Assembly (NCBI GenBank): GCA_024636785.1
Contig: JAGXGK010000017.1
Coordinates: forward strand, 42,284-106,283
Length of the DNA: 64,000 nucleotides
Direction of reading: 5' to 3'
Source: Gammaproteobacteria bacterium
Lineage (GTDB): Bacteria > Pseudomonadota > Gammaproteobacteria > SZUA-229
Shown here: positions 18,342-30,774 of the stretch, one piece after another
Layout: the number at the start of each line of letters is the position of its first letter
Numbering within the stretch: the stretch's first letter is position 1
The notes under the pieces: generated by a model
What the model saw: the letters and a program-made list of their open reading frames with translations, nothing else
What the model was told of the DNA's origin: nothing
Databases searched by the model: none
Position numbers and translations under genes: made by a program

Positions 18342-21300
18342 ATGTTAAATAAAATCATCGATTGGGCGGTCAGCAACCGTTTGCTGGTAGTTATCGCCCT
18401 CATAACAATGACGGCAGCGGCCATTTCCATCATACCCACACTGAATCTGGATGCCTTTCCGGATGTCACCAACGTCCAGGTGTCGGTCAATACCGAAGCA
18501 CCGGGACTGGCCTCCGAGGAAGTGGAACAGCTCATCACCTACCCCATTGAGGCGGTGATGTATGCCCTGCCCGATGTGGAGGAAGTGCGCTCCATCTCCA
18601 AGACCGGCCTGTCCGGTGTCACGGTGGTGTTCAAGGAAGGCACGGATATCTACTTTGCCCGGCAACTGGTGTTCGAACGTCTTGAGGCCGCCAAAGAGCT
18701 GATCCCCGAAGGGGTCGGCACGCCGGCAATGGGGCCGAACACCTCCGGCCTGGGCCAGATCTATCAATATCTGCTGGTAGCCGAGCCCGGTACGGGCATC
18801 GACGCAATGGCCCTGCGCAGCCTCAACGACTGGGTGGTGAAGCTGCTGCTGATCCCGGCCGAGGGCGTCACCGATGTGCTCTCTTTCGGCGGCGAAGTGC
18901 GCCAGTACCAGGTCAATCTGAATCCATCCCGGCTACTGGCGTACGGCCTGACCCAGGATGAGGTGATGACGGCGCTCGAGCGCAACAATGAAAATGCCGG
19001 CGGCTGGTATATGAACCGGGGTCAGGAACAACTGGTGATCCGGGGCACCGGCTGGCTGGATCACGGCGAGCAGGGACTCGAACAGATCCGCCAGGTACCG
19101 CTGAAGACAGTGGACGGTACCACCATCACCGTGGCTGATGTCGCTCGCGTAGAGATGGGTAGCGAGATCCGTCAGGGCGCGGCGACCATGACGCGCAAGA
19201 ATGCCGACGGCAAAGTGGAGAACATGGGCGAGGTGGTGTCCGGCATCGTACTCAAGCGCATGGGAGCCAATACCAAGGCCACCATCGATGGGGTCAATGC
19301 GCGCATCGAGCGCATCAATCAGGCACTGCCCGAAGGTGTCCGCTTCGAGGCGTTTTACGACCAGGCAGATCTGATCGAAAAGGCCGTGAATACCGTGGCC
19401 AGGGCGCTGCTCGAGGCCTTCGTCTTCATCGTCATCGTACTGGTGCTGTTCCTGCTCAATGTGCGCGCCGTACTGCTGGTGCTGATTTCCATCCCGTTGT
19501 CGGTGGGCATGGCACTGGCGCTGATGGCCTACAACGGCCTGTCGGCCAATCTGATGTCGCTCGGCGGCCTGGCGGTGGCCATCGGCATGATGGTGGACGG
19601 TGCCGTGGTGATGATGGAAAACATCTTCAAGCACCTGAGCCATCCTGACCGCCGCCACGATGCCGAGGCAGCGGCGCGGGTATCAGCGGACGACGAGGAC
19701 TTTTACGATGTGGCGCACGATAGCAATGTCGGCCTGCGCATTCAGGAGGCGGCGCGTGAAGTGGCCAAGCCGGTGTTCTTCTCCATCACCATCATCATGG
19801 TGGTGTTCGCGCCGCTGTTCAGTCTGGAAGGCGTCGAGGGCAAGCTGTTCCAGCCCATGGCGCTGAGCATTCTGTTCGCCATGGCCGCATCCCTGCTGGT
19901 GTCGCTGATCGTGGTGCCCGCTCTGGCGAGTTATCTGTTCCGTCACGGCGTGCGTGCCAGAACCAGTCCGGTGGTGGCGGTGCTGGAAAAGGCTTACCGC
20001 TACACCCTGACCAGAGCCATGACCCACAAGCTCTGGGTATTGGGCGGCGCGGCGGGCCTGCTGCTGTCCGCTCTGGCACTGCTGCCTTACCTCGGCACAG
20101 AGTTCGTGCCGGAGCTGGAAGAAGGCACCATCAACCTGCGGGTGACTCTGGCACCCTCGTCCAGCCTGGATACGGCCCTTGAGGTCGCCCCCAAGCTGGA
20201 AGCCATACTGATGGAGTTCCCGGAGGTTACCTACGCGCTCTCGCGCATTGGCCGTGCCGAGATTGGCGGCGATCCCGAGCCGGTCAACAATATCGAAATC
20301 TATATCGGCCTCAAACCCGTACCGGAATGGACCAGCGCTGACAATCGCCAGGCGCTGCAGGCATTAATGGAACATAAGCTGGAACAGCACCCGGGACTAC
20401 TGCTCAACTTCTCACAGCCCATCGCCACCCGGGTGGATGAACTGCTGTCCGGGGTGAAGGCGCAGCTTGCCATCAAGTTGTTCGGCCCTGACCTTGCTGT
20501 GCTGGCCAAAAAGGGCCAGGCGATTGAGGCGGTGGTCAAGCAGATCGACGGTGCACGCGATGTCGCCATGGAGCAGATTGCCGGTGAATCACAACTCGTT
20601 GTGAAACCGGATCGCCGGGCCCTTTCCCGTTACGGTTTGGCGGTTGGCGACGTAATGGATCTGGTAAGCGAAGGCCTGGGCGGTGCCAGCGCTGGCCAGA
20701 TCATCAACGGCAACGAGCGTTACGACATCTACGTGCGCCTCGACGAACGCTTCCGTCAGGATCCCGAATCCATAGCCGATCTACGCCTGCAATCGCCTTC
20801 GGGTGCCTGGGTACGTCTGGGTGATGTGGCCGAGGTGAGCATCGCCTCCGGGCCACCGCAGGTGCGCCGCGATGACGTGCAGCGTCGCGTGGTGATTCAG
20901 GCCAATGTGCAGGGCCGCGACATGGGCAGCGTGGTCACTGATATCCGTCAGGTCATCGCTGACAAGGTGGATTTGCCAACAGGCTATTCAATAGTCATCG
21001 GCGGTCAGTTTGAGAACCAGCAGCGGGCGCAGCAACGGTTGACGATCGTGGTGCCGCTGTCCATCGGCCTGATCGCGCTGCTGCTGTACTTCGCCTTCCA
21101 TTCTGTCGGCCAGGCACTGCTGATCCTGATCAACCTGCCGCTGGCGATGATCGGCGGCATCGTCGCCCTGTTCCTGTCCGGGCAATACCTGTCGGTGCCC
21201 AGCTCCATCGGCTTCATTACCCTGTTCGGGGTGGCCGTGCTCAACGGCGTGGTGCTGGTGGAGGCCATCAACCTGCGCATCGAATCGGGTGATCGGGATA

Positions 21301-21539
21301 TCGGCAAAGCCGTGTTTGAAGGTGCGGTATCGCGGCTACGGCCGGTGTTGATGACCGCCATCGTCGCCGCGCTGGGGCTGATTCCCATGCTGATGTCCAG
21401 CGGCGTGGGCTCGGAGATCCAGCGGCCGTTGGCGACCGTGATCGTCGGTGGACTGGTAACCTCGACCTTCCTGACCCTGTTTGTATTGCCGGTGCTGTTC
21501 GCCCGGTTTTCAAAAGGCAAGTTGGGTGAGATGGCATAA
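18342..21539 (+). CDS. czcA: Heavy-metal efflux RND transporter (CzcA/CusA family)
   Basis: 1065 aa, 12-TM RND architecture, typical N-terminus MLNKIIDWAVSNRLLVV. Confidence 0.92.
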   Translation: MLNKIIDWAVSNRLLVVIALITMTAAAISIIPTLNLDAFPDVTNVQVSVNTEAPGLASEEVEQLITYPIEAVMYALPDVEEVRSISKTGLSGVTVVFKEGTDIYFARQLVFERLEAAKELIPEGVGTPAMGPNTSGLGQIYQYLLVAEPGTGIDAMALRSLNDWVVKLLLIPAEGVTDVLSFGGEVRQYQVNLNPSRLLAYGLTQDEVMTALERNNENAGGWYMNRGQEQLVIRGTGWLDHGEQGLEQIRQVPLKTVDGTTITVADVARVEMGSEIRQGAATMTRKNADGKVENMGEVVSGIVLKRMGANTKATIDGVNARIERINQALPEGVRFEAFYDQADLIEKAVNTVARALLEAFVFIVIVLVLFLLNVRAVLLVLISIPLSVGMALALMAYNGLSANLMSLGGLAVAIGMMVDGAVVMMENIFKHLSHPDRRHDAEAAARVSADDEDFYDVAHDSNVGLRIQEAAREVAKPVFFSITIIMVVFAPLFSLEGVEGKLFQPMALSILFAMAASLLVSLIVVPALASYLFRHGVRARTSPVVAVLEKAYRYTLTRAMTHKLWVLGGAAGLLLSALALLPYLGTEFVPELEEGTINLRVTLAPSSSLDTALEVAPKLEAILMEFPEVTYALSRIGRAEIGGDPEPVNNIEIYIGLKPVPEWTSADNRQALQALMEHKLEQHPGLLLNFSQPIATRVDELLSGVKAQLAIKLFGPDLAVLAKKGQAIEAVVKQIDGARDVAMEQIAGESQLVVKPDRRALSRYGLAVGDVMDLVSEGLGGASAGQIINGNERYDIYVRLDERFRQDPESIADLRLQSPSGAWVRLGDVAEVSIASGPPQVRRDDVQRRVVIQANVQGRDMGSVVTDIRQVIADKVDLPTGYSIVIGGQFENQQRAQQRLTIVVPLSIGLIALLLYFAFHSVGQALLILINLPLAMIGGIVALFLSGQYLSVPSSIGFITLFGVAVLNGVVLVEAINLRIESGDRDIGKAVFEGAVSRLRPVLMTAIVAALGLIPMLMSSGVGSEIQRPLATVIVGGLVTSTFLTLFVLPVLFARFSKGKLGEMA

Positions 21540-21546
21540 ACTTATG

Positions 21547-21580
21547 GCCTGCCGATATCGAGATATATCGGCAGGCATTT
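21547..21580 (+). terminator. Rho-independent terminator after czcA (12-bp perfect stem GCCTGCCGATAT / ATATCGGCAGGC + ATTT)
   Basis: Perfect inverted repeat 8 nt after the czcA stop. Confidence 0.6.
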
Positions 21581-21668
21581 CTAACTTGAAACATGAATCT
21601 TGCCGGAACAGGCCGGGTATCATGCAAACTTGCCACACGATTAGCATAAAATCTGAGAGATAATTGAC

Positions 21669-22001
21669 ATGTCCGTCCTTACCACCCTGGGGTTGTTTAT
21701 TGTTACCGCTATCGCGGAAATTGTCGGCTGCTACCTGCCTTACTTGTGGCTGAAAAAGTCCGCCCCGGTCTGGGTGCTGCTGCCCGCCGCAGCGAGTCTC
21801 GCCCTGTTCGCCTGGCTGCTTTCCCTTCATCCCTCCGATGCAGGGCGCGTTTATGCGGCCTACGGCGGGGTCTATGTTTCCGTCGCCCTGCTTTGGCTAT
21901 GGGGCGTGGATGGCGTTCGCCCACACTTGTGGGATTTCGTCGGCGTGGCGGTAACGCTGCTGGGAATGGGCATTATCATGTTCGCACCCCGTAGCAGCTG
22001 A
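21669..22001 (+). CDS. ynfA: YnfA (UPF0060) small membrane protein
   Basis: Close match to E. coli YnfA: [27 protein letters not shown]. Confidence 0.85.
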   Translation: MSVLTTLGLFIVTAIAEIVGCYLPYLWLKKSAPVWVLLPAAASLALFAWLLSLHPSDAGRVYAAYGGVYVSVALLWLWGVDGVRPHLWDFVGVAVTLLGMGIIMFAPRSS

Positions 22002-22237
22002 AACCTGCGATACTCGACAATCATCGGCGAGCCAGAGCTGCTGCTGGCTGCTCGAGTGGCAGTGCTGACGACAGTTCGGGCAAATGCTGCGGCTGAGAGA
22101 GTACGGTATGTCGCGCCTAAACCAGAACACAATATGGCTCAACTTATATTACTGAGATGTATCGCTGAAATGAATGGGCATATCCCATACCATTCAAATC
22201 AGGTGACCACAAAAACGAAGCCCATTTCTACCACTTA

Positions 22238-22416
22238 GGGATCCGGAACATACTAATATACCATTACGCATCCCGTCTTCAGGCCATCTTTGGCCGCGCC
22301 TCAATCGCAAAATCCTCGCCGTAGCCCTGCTACGCCTACGGTTTTGCTCAATCGGCGCGACCAAATATGACCCAAATCCGGGCGCGATCCAGGTACATTA
22401 GTATGTTCCGGATCCC
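22238..22416. mobile_element. 179-bp MITE-like element with 25-bp terminal inverted repeats GGGATCCGGAACATACTAAT(A/G)TACC
   Basis: TIRs at 22238-22262 and 22392-22416 with 24/25 match. Flanked by TTA on both sides (candidate target-site duplication). No ORF inside. Confidence 0.6.
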
Positions 22417-22453
22417 TTAAAACATAGTTAACGGTTAACGGCCAACTATCTTT

Positions 22454-24841
22454 TCACTGCCATTTCCAGTCCCGAATTTCCGGCATGTCTTCACCGTGTT
22501 TTTCGATATAGGTTTTGTGATCGAAAAGTTTGTCGCGCAGGAACTGCTTGGCGTAGGCGGCACGTGAACCCAGGCATGGCACCCGGTCGATAACATCACC
22601 CGCCAGATGAAAACGGTCGAGGTCATTCATCACCGTCATATCGAAAGGTGTCGTCGTGGTGCCCTGCTCCTTGTAGCCACGAACGTGCAGATTGGGGTGA
22701 TTGGTGCGCCGGTAAGTCAGGCGGTGAATCAGCCAGGGGTAGCCGTGATAGGCAAAGATGATCGGCTTGTCCGAAGTGAAAAGCACGTCAAAGTCCTTGT
22801 CCGAGAGTCCATGTGGATGTTCGGACGGCGGCTGCAAGGCCATCAGGTTGACGACGTTAATAACCCGTATTTTAAGCTCCGGGAACTGCTCGCGCAGCAA
22901 TTTTACCGCCGCCAGTGTCTCCAGCGTGGGCACGTCACCGCAGCAGGCCATAACCACATCAGGGTCGCCACCTTCGTCATTGCTGGCCCATTTCCAGATA
23001 CCCAGACCTGCGGTGCAATGCCTTATCGCCGCATCCATATCCAGCCATTGCAGACTCGGCTGCTTGCCGGCAACAATCACATTGATGTCATTGTGGCTAC
23101 GCAGGCAGTGGTCGGTTATGGCCAGCAGGGTGTTGGCATCGGGCGGCAGATAAACGCGGATGATCTCGGCCTTTTTGTTGACCACCACATCAATGAAGCC
23201 GGGGTCCTGATGGCTGAAGCCGTTGTGATCCTGCCGCCAGACATGGGAGGAGAGCAGATAGTTAAGCGAGGCAATGGGGCGACGCCAGGGGATATCGCGC
23301 GCTACATCGAGCCACTTGGCGTGCTGATTGAACATTGAATCGACAATGTGAATAAAGGCTTCATAGCAGGAGAAAAAGCCGTGCCGGCCGGTGAGCAGAT
23401 AGCCTTCCAGCCAGCCCTGGCACTGGTGTTCGCTCAGCATCTCCATGACCCGGCCATCGTTCGCGACATTCTCATCACCGGGCAGTATTTCCGCCGTGGA
23501 ACAGCGGTTAGTGACTTCGAAGAGTGCGCCCCAACGATTCGAGGCGGTCTCATCCGGGCTAAAAATACGGAAGTTACGAGCTTCGGCGTTAAGTTTCATC
23601 ACATCGCGTATGAGCTCGCCCTGCGCGCGCGTCGCTTCAGCCAGAACCTTGCCCGGAGCGGGAACCTTGACAGCATAGTCGCGAAAATCCGGCATACGCA
23701 GATTGCGCAGCAACATACCGCCATTAGCGTGCAGATTTGCACCCATGCGCCGTTCTCCTTCGGGTGCCAGTTCGGCCAGCTCAGGGATGAGCTTACCGGC
23801 GTCATCAAATAGCTCTTCGGGCCGGTAACTCTTCATCCACTTTTCAAGAATCTTCAGGTGTTTGGGGTCTTTGGCGAAATTGGCGACCGGTACCTGATGG
23901 GCGTGAAAAGTGCCTTCGATCTGTTTACCATCCACGGTTTCCGGTCCAGTCCAGCCCTTGGGTGAGCGCAAAATAATCATCGGCCAGCGCGGGCGCTCGC
24001 TGAAACCATGTGTGCGGGCATCCTGCTGTATCGTCTGGATCTCAGCGACCACGCTATCGAGCGTCGCCGCCATCAGCTGATGCATGGTTTCGGGATCATC
24101 CCCCTCGACAAAATACGGCGTGTAACCATAGCCGATAAACAGCGCTTCGAGCTCATCGCGGGGGATGCGCGCCAGCACGGTCGGTCCGGCGATCTTGTAG
24201 CCATTCAGATGCAAAATCGGCAGCACTGCGCCATCATGCACCGGGTTGAGAAATTTATTGGAGTGCCAGCTGGTGGCCATCGGACCGGTTTCCGCCTCGC
24301 CATCACCCACCACACACGTTACCAGCAGATCGGGATTATCGAAGGCAGCGCCATAGGCGTGTGACAGCGCATAGCCCAGTTCACCACCTTCGTTAATGGA
24401 GCCTGGAGTTTCCGGTGCGACGTGACTGGGAATACCGCCGGGAAATGAGAACTGGGTGAAGAGTTTTTTCATCCCCGCTTCGTCTTTGGCAATGTTCGGA
24501 TAGACTTCGCTATACGTGCCCTCCAGCCAGGTGTTGGCGACCAGCCCCGGTCCACCGTGGCCGGGGCCGGTGACATAAATAATGTTCAGATCATATTCCT
24601 TGATGATGCGGTTGAGGTGAACATAGATAAAATTCAGCCCCGGCGTGGTGCCCCAGTGACCCAGCAGGCGCGGCTTGATGTGCTCCAGTTTCAAGGGCTG
24701 TTTCAGCAAGGGATTATCAAACAGATAGATCTGCCCCACCGACAGATAATTACCGGCGCGCCAGTAGGCGTCTATCTTTTTCAACAGCTCCGGTGATAAC
24801 GGTTCTTTCAAAGATTTAGGGCTTGCGGCATTCTTCAACAT
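22454..24841 (-). CDS. xfp: Xylulose-5-phosphate/fructose-6-phosphate phosphoketolase
   Basis: 795 aa; [11 protein letters not shown] and TPP-binding motifs typical of Xfp. Confidence 0.93.
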   Translation of the reverse strand: MLKNAASPKSLKEPLSPELLKKIDAYWRAGNYLSVGQIYLFDNPLLKQPLKLEHIKPRLLGHWGTTPGLNFIYVHLNRIIKEYDLNIIYVTGPGHGGPGLVANTWLEGTYSEVYPNIAKDEAGMKKLFTQFSFPGGIPSHVAPETPGSINEGGELGYALSHAYGAAFDNPDLLVTCVVGDGEAETGPMATSWHSNKFLNPVHDGAVLPILHLNGYKIAGPTVLARIPRDELEALFIGYGYTPYFVEGDDPETMHQLMAATLDSVVAEIQTIQQDARTHGFSERPRWPMIILRSPKGWTGPETVDGKQIEGTFHAHQVPVANFAKDPKHLKILEKWMKSYRPEELFDDAGKLIPELAELAPEGERRMGANLHANGGMLLRNLRMPDFRDYAVKVPAPGKVLAEATRAQGELIRDVMKLNAEARNFRIFSPDETASNRWGALFEVTNRCSTAEILPGDENVANDGRVMEMLSEHQCQGWLEGYLLTGRHGFFSCYEAFIHIVDSMFNQHAKWLDVARDIPWRRPIASLNYLLSSHVWRQDHNGFSHQDPGFIDVVVNKKAEIIRVYLPPDANTLLAITDHCLRSHNDINVIVAGKQPSLQWLDMDAAIRHCTAGLGIWKWASNDEGGDPDVVMACCGDVPTLETLAAVKLLREQFPELKIRVINVVNLMALQPPSEHPHGLSDKDFDVLFTSDKPIIFAYHGYPWLIHRLTYRRTNHPNLHVRGYKEQGTTTTPFDMTVMNDLDRFHLAGDVIDRVPCLGSRAAYAKQFLRDKLFDHKTYIEKHGEDMPEIRDWKWQ

Positions 24842-24869
24842 GGTTAAATCCTCTATATAAATGTCAGTT

Positions 24870-26069
24870 TTATGTGGTGGTTTCTAATCCCAGAAGATCG
24901 CGAACCGATTCGGCAATCATCAGCTCCTCATCAGTTGCGATAACGCGCACCTTTACCCGGCTGCTCTGTGAGGAAATAACGCCTGCATTCTGTTCATTGC
25001 GTTGTTTATCCAGTTCGATACCGAGAAATTCCAGATTTGCACAAATACGCGCACGCACGCTGCCGTGGTGCTCGCCGATGCCGCCGGTGAATACCAGCGT
25101 ATCCAATCCATTGAGGACAGCGGCATAGGCACCGATGTATTTTTTCACCTGATAACAGAACAGCTCGACCGCTTCGGCGGCGCGTTCATCATCGCTTTCA
25201 TGCGCGGTCAGATCGCGCATATCGGAACTGGTTTCCGAGACACCAAGCAGTCCGGATTCGTGATTAATGAGATGTTTAAACTGATCCGGACTCAGCTGCT
25301 CGCTCTGCATTATGTACCAGGCCAGACCGGGGTCGAGATCGCCCGATCGCGTTCCCATGGGTACGCCACTGCTCGGGGTGAAACCCATACTGGTGTCAAT
25401 GCTGCTACCGTCACGCACCGCCGCCAGACTGGCGCCATTACCCAGGTGCGCCAGAATCACCCGTCCCTGTCCGGCCGCCGTCTCATCAAGCCGCGCCAGT
25501 TCCTGCATCAGATAGGCGTAAGAGAGTCCATGAAAACCGTAACGCTGAATGCCCATCGCATCAAAGCGACGCGGCACCGACAGCAGTTTGGCCACCCGCG
25601 GCATGCTGACGTGGAAAGCGGTGTCAAAACAGGCGACCTGCACAAGTTCGGCATGTCGTCTGCTGAATGCTTCAATCAGCTCGATCTCGCCCGGCAGATG
25701 ATCCGGATCGTAATCGCTGATGCGATGCAGCTCATCGAGCAGTGACGGAGAAACTGTTTCTGGATGAGTGTGCTTCATGCCATGGACCACGCGATGTCCC
25801 ACCGCAACGACCTGAGCAAAACCGGGTTGCTGCGCCAACCAGTCGAGCAGAAAATTCACCGCATAAGTGTGATCCGATTTTTCGAGAGCTTGCTCACCCT
25901 GCTGCCCGTTTAGAACATGCTCATAGCTCAGGCGTGTCCCCGCTAAACCAATGCGTTCGATTTTCCCCACCAGGCTGCACTGCAATGCTTCACCCATCCG
26001 ATACAGGGCAAATTTGATACTCGAGGAGCCGCCGTTGATAGTGAGCAGGTTTTTTTCCGCCTGATTCAT
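24870..26069 (-). CDS. ackA: Acetate kinase
   Basis: [24 protein letters not shown]-terminus; 399 aa. 28 nt upstream of xfp on the same strand (operon). Confidence 0.93.
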   Translation of the reverse strand: MNQAEKNLLTINGGSSSIKFALYRMGEALQCSLVGKIERIGLAGTRLSYEHVLNGQQGEQALEKSDHTYAVNFLLDWLAQQPGFAQVVAVGHRVVHGMKHTHPETVSPSLLDELHRISDYDPDHLPGEIELIEAFSRRHAELVQVACFDTAFHVSMPRVAKLLSVPRRFDAMGIQRYGFHGLSYAYLMQELARLDETAAGQGRVILAHLGNGASLAAVRDGSSIDTSMGFTPSSGVPMGTRSGDLDPGLAWYIMQSEQLSPDQFKHLINHESGLLGVSETSSDMRDLTAHESDDERAAEAVELFCYQVKKYIGAYAAVLNGLDTLVFTGGIGEHHGSVRARICANLEFLGIELDKQRNEQNAGVISSQSSRVKVRVIATDEELMIAESVRDLLGLETTT

Positions 26070-26267
26070 GTTCGTTGTCTCATATTTTTATAATCAAAAA
26101 ATATCCGCGAAAGACGCGAAGACACCAAAATACAGAACAAAAGTTATTTTTCATTAGCAAACGGCTGAATTTACAATTTGTAAGTTACAGTTTCATGTCG
26201 ATCAAGTATTTAATTCGCGTGCTTCGCGGATAATGGTATTTATGGATTTTCAATTTCTTACTCAACC

Positions 26268-26876
26268 TTAAGCACCTTTGCGCCCCAGCGCATGCATTTT
26301 TTCCAGCCACTTTTGATGTTTGGCATCGTTTTCTTCTTCGACCATACCAATTAAGTTTTCCTTGATCGGTTTTATACCGCAAAAGCCCAGAACATTTCGC
26401 TCCAGACTCTTCAAGCTATGAGCTCGAAAATACCAACGATAAATTAGTGCCGGCATGCCCATGGTGATCACAATACGTGCACTTTTCCCGTGCAGCAGTT
26501 TGTCCCAGCCTTTCCCGTTCTTTTTGGTATCAATAGCGAATCCAGGGCGTAACGTCTGTTCAAAGAATGCTTTCAGTAGCGCTGGCACGGATCCCAGCCA
26601 GAGGGGATAAAAAATCACGATATGATCGGCCCGGTCAATATCGCTCTGTGCTTTGCGAATATCTTGCGGCGGTTCGTCGTTCTCCCATTCCTCCTTGCTA
26701 CGCAGCAACGGGAACTCAAGCTTTGAAACAACCAGCAGAGTAGCTTCATGCCCGGCCTCATGAGCGCCTTTGATGTAGGCTTCGACCAGGGCTGAACAAA
26801 AATGGTTAGCACTGGCATCGGGGGGCCCCTGAACAACAAGAATTCTCGACGGCGTTGAAGCATGTGTTTTACTCAT
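26268..26876 (-). CDS. Flavodoxin-fold NAD(P)H-dependent oxidoreductase (KefG/MdaB-like)
   Basis: RILVVQGPPDASANHF..HIVIFYPLWLGSVPALLKAFFE pattern of the Flavodoxin_2 family. Confidence 0.7.
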   Translation of the reverse strand: MSKTHASTPSRILVVQGPPDASANHFCSALVEAYIKGAHEAGHEATLLVVSKLEFPLLRSKEEWENDEPPQDIRKAQSDIDRADHIVIFYPLWLGSVPALLKAFFEQTLRPGFAIDTKKNGKGWDKLLHGKSARIVITMGMPALIYRWYFRAHSLKSLERNVLGFCGIKPIKENLIGMVEEENDAKHQKWLEKMHALGRKGA

Positions 26877-26906
26877 AGATTCATACTCATCTGGTACTGC
26901 CAGCTT

Positions 26907-28079
26907 TTAGCTATTTACCAGATTACGACTGAGCGTCAGGCGCTTTTCTTTCAATGCAAGAAGCAGTTGATCATAAGAGTCAGCAAGCTTTTTAATGCCT
27001 TCCATTTCAAGTTGCCAGGTCATTTTTTTCAGATCAATGCCTAATGTCGTTAATGTTTCCAGTTCGCGTCGCGCCCTCCCCACTTCGTTTTCCAGAGTGT
27101 TATCTAATTTGCCGTGAAGCTGAAACTGTTCCAGCGTTTTCAGCGGTATGGCATTAACCGTCGCAGGGGCGATTAACTGCTCGACATAATGCAGCTTTGG
27201 ATAGTCGAAATTTTTGATGCTGGTATCACCCCAGAGCAGCCGTTGTGCAGAAGCACCACGTTGTCGCTGCGTTTCGAATTCGTCTGAGGCGATCACCTCT
27301 TTAAAATGCAGATAGGCCATTTTGGCGTTGGCGATAGCAATGCAACCTTTCAGAGCGCTTACCTCCGGCGTACCGATTTCTTTCAGGGCACTGTCGATTT
27401 TTGTATCCATTTCGCTGATAAAGAAGGAGGCTACCGAAGCGACCTTTTGAGGAGCATCGTTTTTTGACAACCCGCGAACATAAGCGGCGGTCACCGCCCG
27501 GTAACGATCCACCGAAAACAGCAGAGTCGCATTAACATTAATGCCTTCTGCAATCAGGCTTTCCATTGCTGACAGCCCCGGTTCAGTCGCCGGCACCTTG
27601 ATCATCAGATTCGGACGATTAACCGATCGCCATAAATGCCGCGCGGCTTCAACCGTGGCATGAGTATCAAAAGCCAGATGCGGCGACACACCGAGACTGA
27701 CAAAGCCATCAGCGCCTTCACTGCTGACATAAACCGGCTCAAGAACATCAGCGGCCAGCTGCACATCACTGATAACAACTTGCTCGTAAAGCGCAGCATC
27801 GTCCATGCCTTTATCACCCTGCAAAAGCTCGTAAATTAAATCATCGTAATCGTTGCTGCTCACTATTTCTTTGTGAAGTATGGTGGGGTTGCTGGTAACG
27901 CCCCGCACGCCCTCAGTCACCAACAACCTGAGATCGCCTCGCTGCAACAAACCTCTATCCATATAATCCAGCCAGACAGACTGGTCGTATTCCAGATACA
28001 ACTCAAGCATCTTTAACACAAGTTTTGCCCTCTTTTTTTTACCGGTTGTTATCCCATTAATTGATAACAACATGTTCAT
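26907..28079 (-). CDS. tal: Transaldolase (long form)
   Basis: GVTSNPTIL and VNATLLFS motifs. ATG 28010 is an alternative start. Confidence 0.88.
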   Translation of the reverse strand: MNMLLSINGITTGKKKRAKLVLKMLELYLEYDQSVWLDYMDRGLLQRGDLRLLVTEGVRGVTSNPTILHKEIVSSNDYDDLIYELLQGDKGMDDAALYEQVVISDVQLAADVLEPVYVSSEGADGFVSLGVSPHLAFDTHATVEAARHLWRSVNRPNLMIKVPATEPGLSAMESLIAEGINVNATLLFSVDRYRAVTAAYVRGLSKNDAPQKVASVASFFISEMDTKIDSALKEIGTPEVSALKGCIAIANAKMAYLHFKEVIASDEFETQRQRGASAQRLLWGDTSIKNFDYPKLHYVEQLIAPATVNAIPLKTLEQFQLHGKLDNTLENEVGRARRELETLTTLGIDLKKMTWQLEMEGIKKLADSYDQLLLALKEKRLTLSRNLVNS

Positions 28080-28115
28080 TAATACTCACTTTGCCCGCTG
28101 GGGATTTATGGCGCA

Positions 28116-28129
28116 TTGAAAAACGTCAA
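28116..28129. promoter_or_regulatory. FNR/FixK-type box TTGAA-AAAC-GTCAA upstream of tal
   Basis: Centre about 43 bp upstream of the tal ATG (28079). Confidence 0.45.
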
Positions 28130-28345
28130 TGGTTGTAACATAGTTGGCAATTGGGAGTAAAAGCTTAAATGCTCGGACAAAACTTGCCTGCCTGCATACA
28201 CTGCCCCTCTCCCACTGGGCGAGGGCTGGGGTGAGGAGGTTTCAATCTGCGCTACTATTTTTTCAGGCAACCATAAATCACATAAACAGCATTCATCTGC
28301 GAAATAAGTTTTTTGTTACATCCAACCCAGATAAAAACCCAGTCT

Positions 28346-28420
28346 GCGAAGAACGCCAAAGACGCGAAAAGGTCAAAAACGATTGATTAAAGTTTTTTTT
28401 GCGTCTTTGGCGTTATTCGC
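28346..28420. repeat. REP-like imperfect palindrome (GCGAAGAACGCCAAAGACGCGAAAA ... TTTTGCGTCTTTGGCGTTATTCGC)
   Basis: About 24-bp arms with 1-2 mismatches and an A/T-rich loop. Relatives at 52771-52861, 47684-47770 and 26105. Confidence 0.5.
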
Positions 28421-28495
28421 TGATACGTTTTTGTTTTTAGCTATTAAATTGATTGATCTATTTTTAATCCTGCCTCAACATGCTCAACAACTGCA

Positions 28496-28509
28496 TTGAA
28501 AAATATCAA
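28496..28509. promoter_or_regulatory. FNR/FixK-type box TTGAA-AAAT-ATCAA upstream of atpD
   Basis: Perfect consensus half-sites; centre about 93 bp upstream of atpD. Confidence 0.5.
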
Positions 28510-28594
28510 TGACGTAACGATCACTTTCTGTGAGGATTTCTTACTCATGAATTCAGCGACAATGATGGATAATAATAATAAGGTTCAGGACTAA

Positions 28595-30465
<1,871 letters not shown>

Positions 30466-30473
<8 letters not shown>

Positions 30474-30774
30474 GCCGAAACCTGAGCGCAGTAACGAGAA
30501 AAAACCGCTCGGTGAGAAGGTGGGGCAGAGCGCGGCACGTAAACAACGCGCACGCGAACAAAATCAGCGTACCGCCTGGTTCGGGCTGGGCATGTTCGGG
30601 CTGGTCGGCTGGTCTGTTGCCATCCCTACTCTGCTCGGGATTTTTCTGGGCGTATGGCTCGACGGCCTCTATCCGGGCCGCGCTTCCTGGACGCTGACTT
30701 TTCTCATTCTGGGACTGGCGCTGGGTTGCCTCAATGCCTGGTACTGGATCAAACAGGAGAGTCGCCGTGAATGA
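30466..30774 (+). CDS. atpQ: N-ATPase AtpQ (AtpZ/AtpI-like small membrane subunit)
   Basis: 102 aa with a basic N-terminus and 2 TM helices. Overlaps the atpC stop. Confidence 0.6.
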
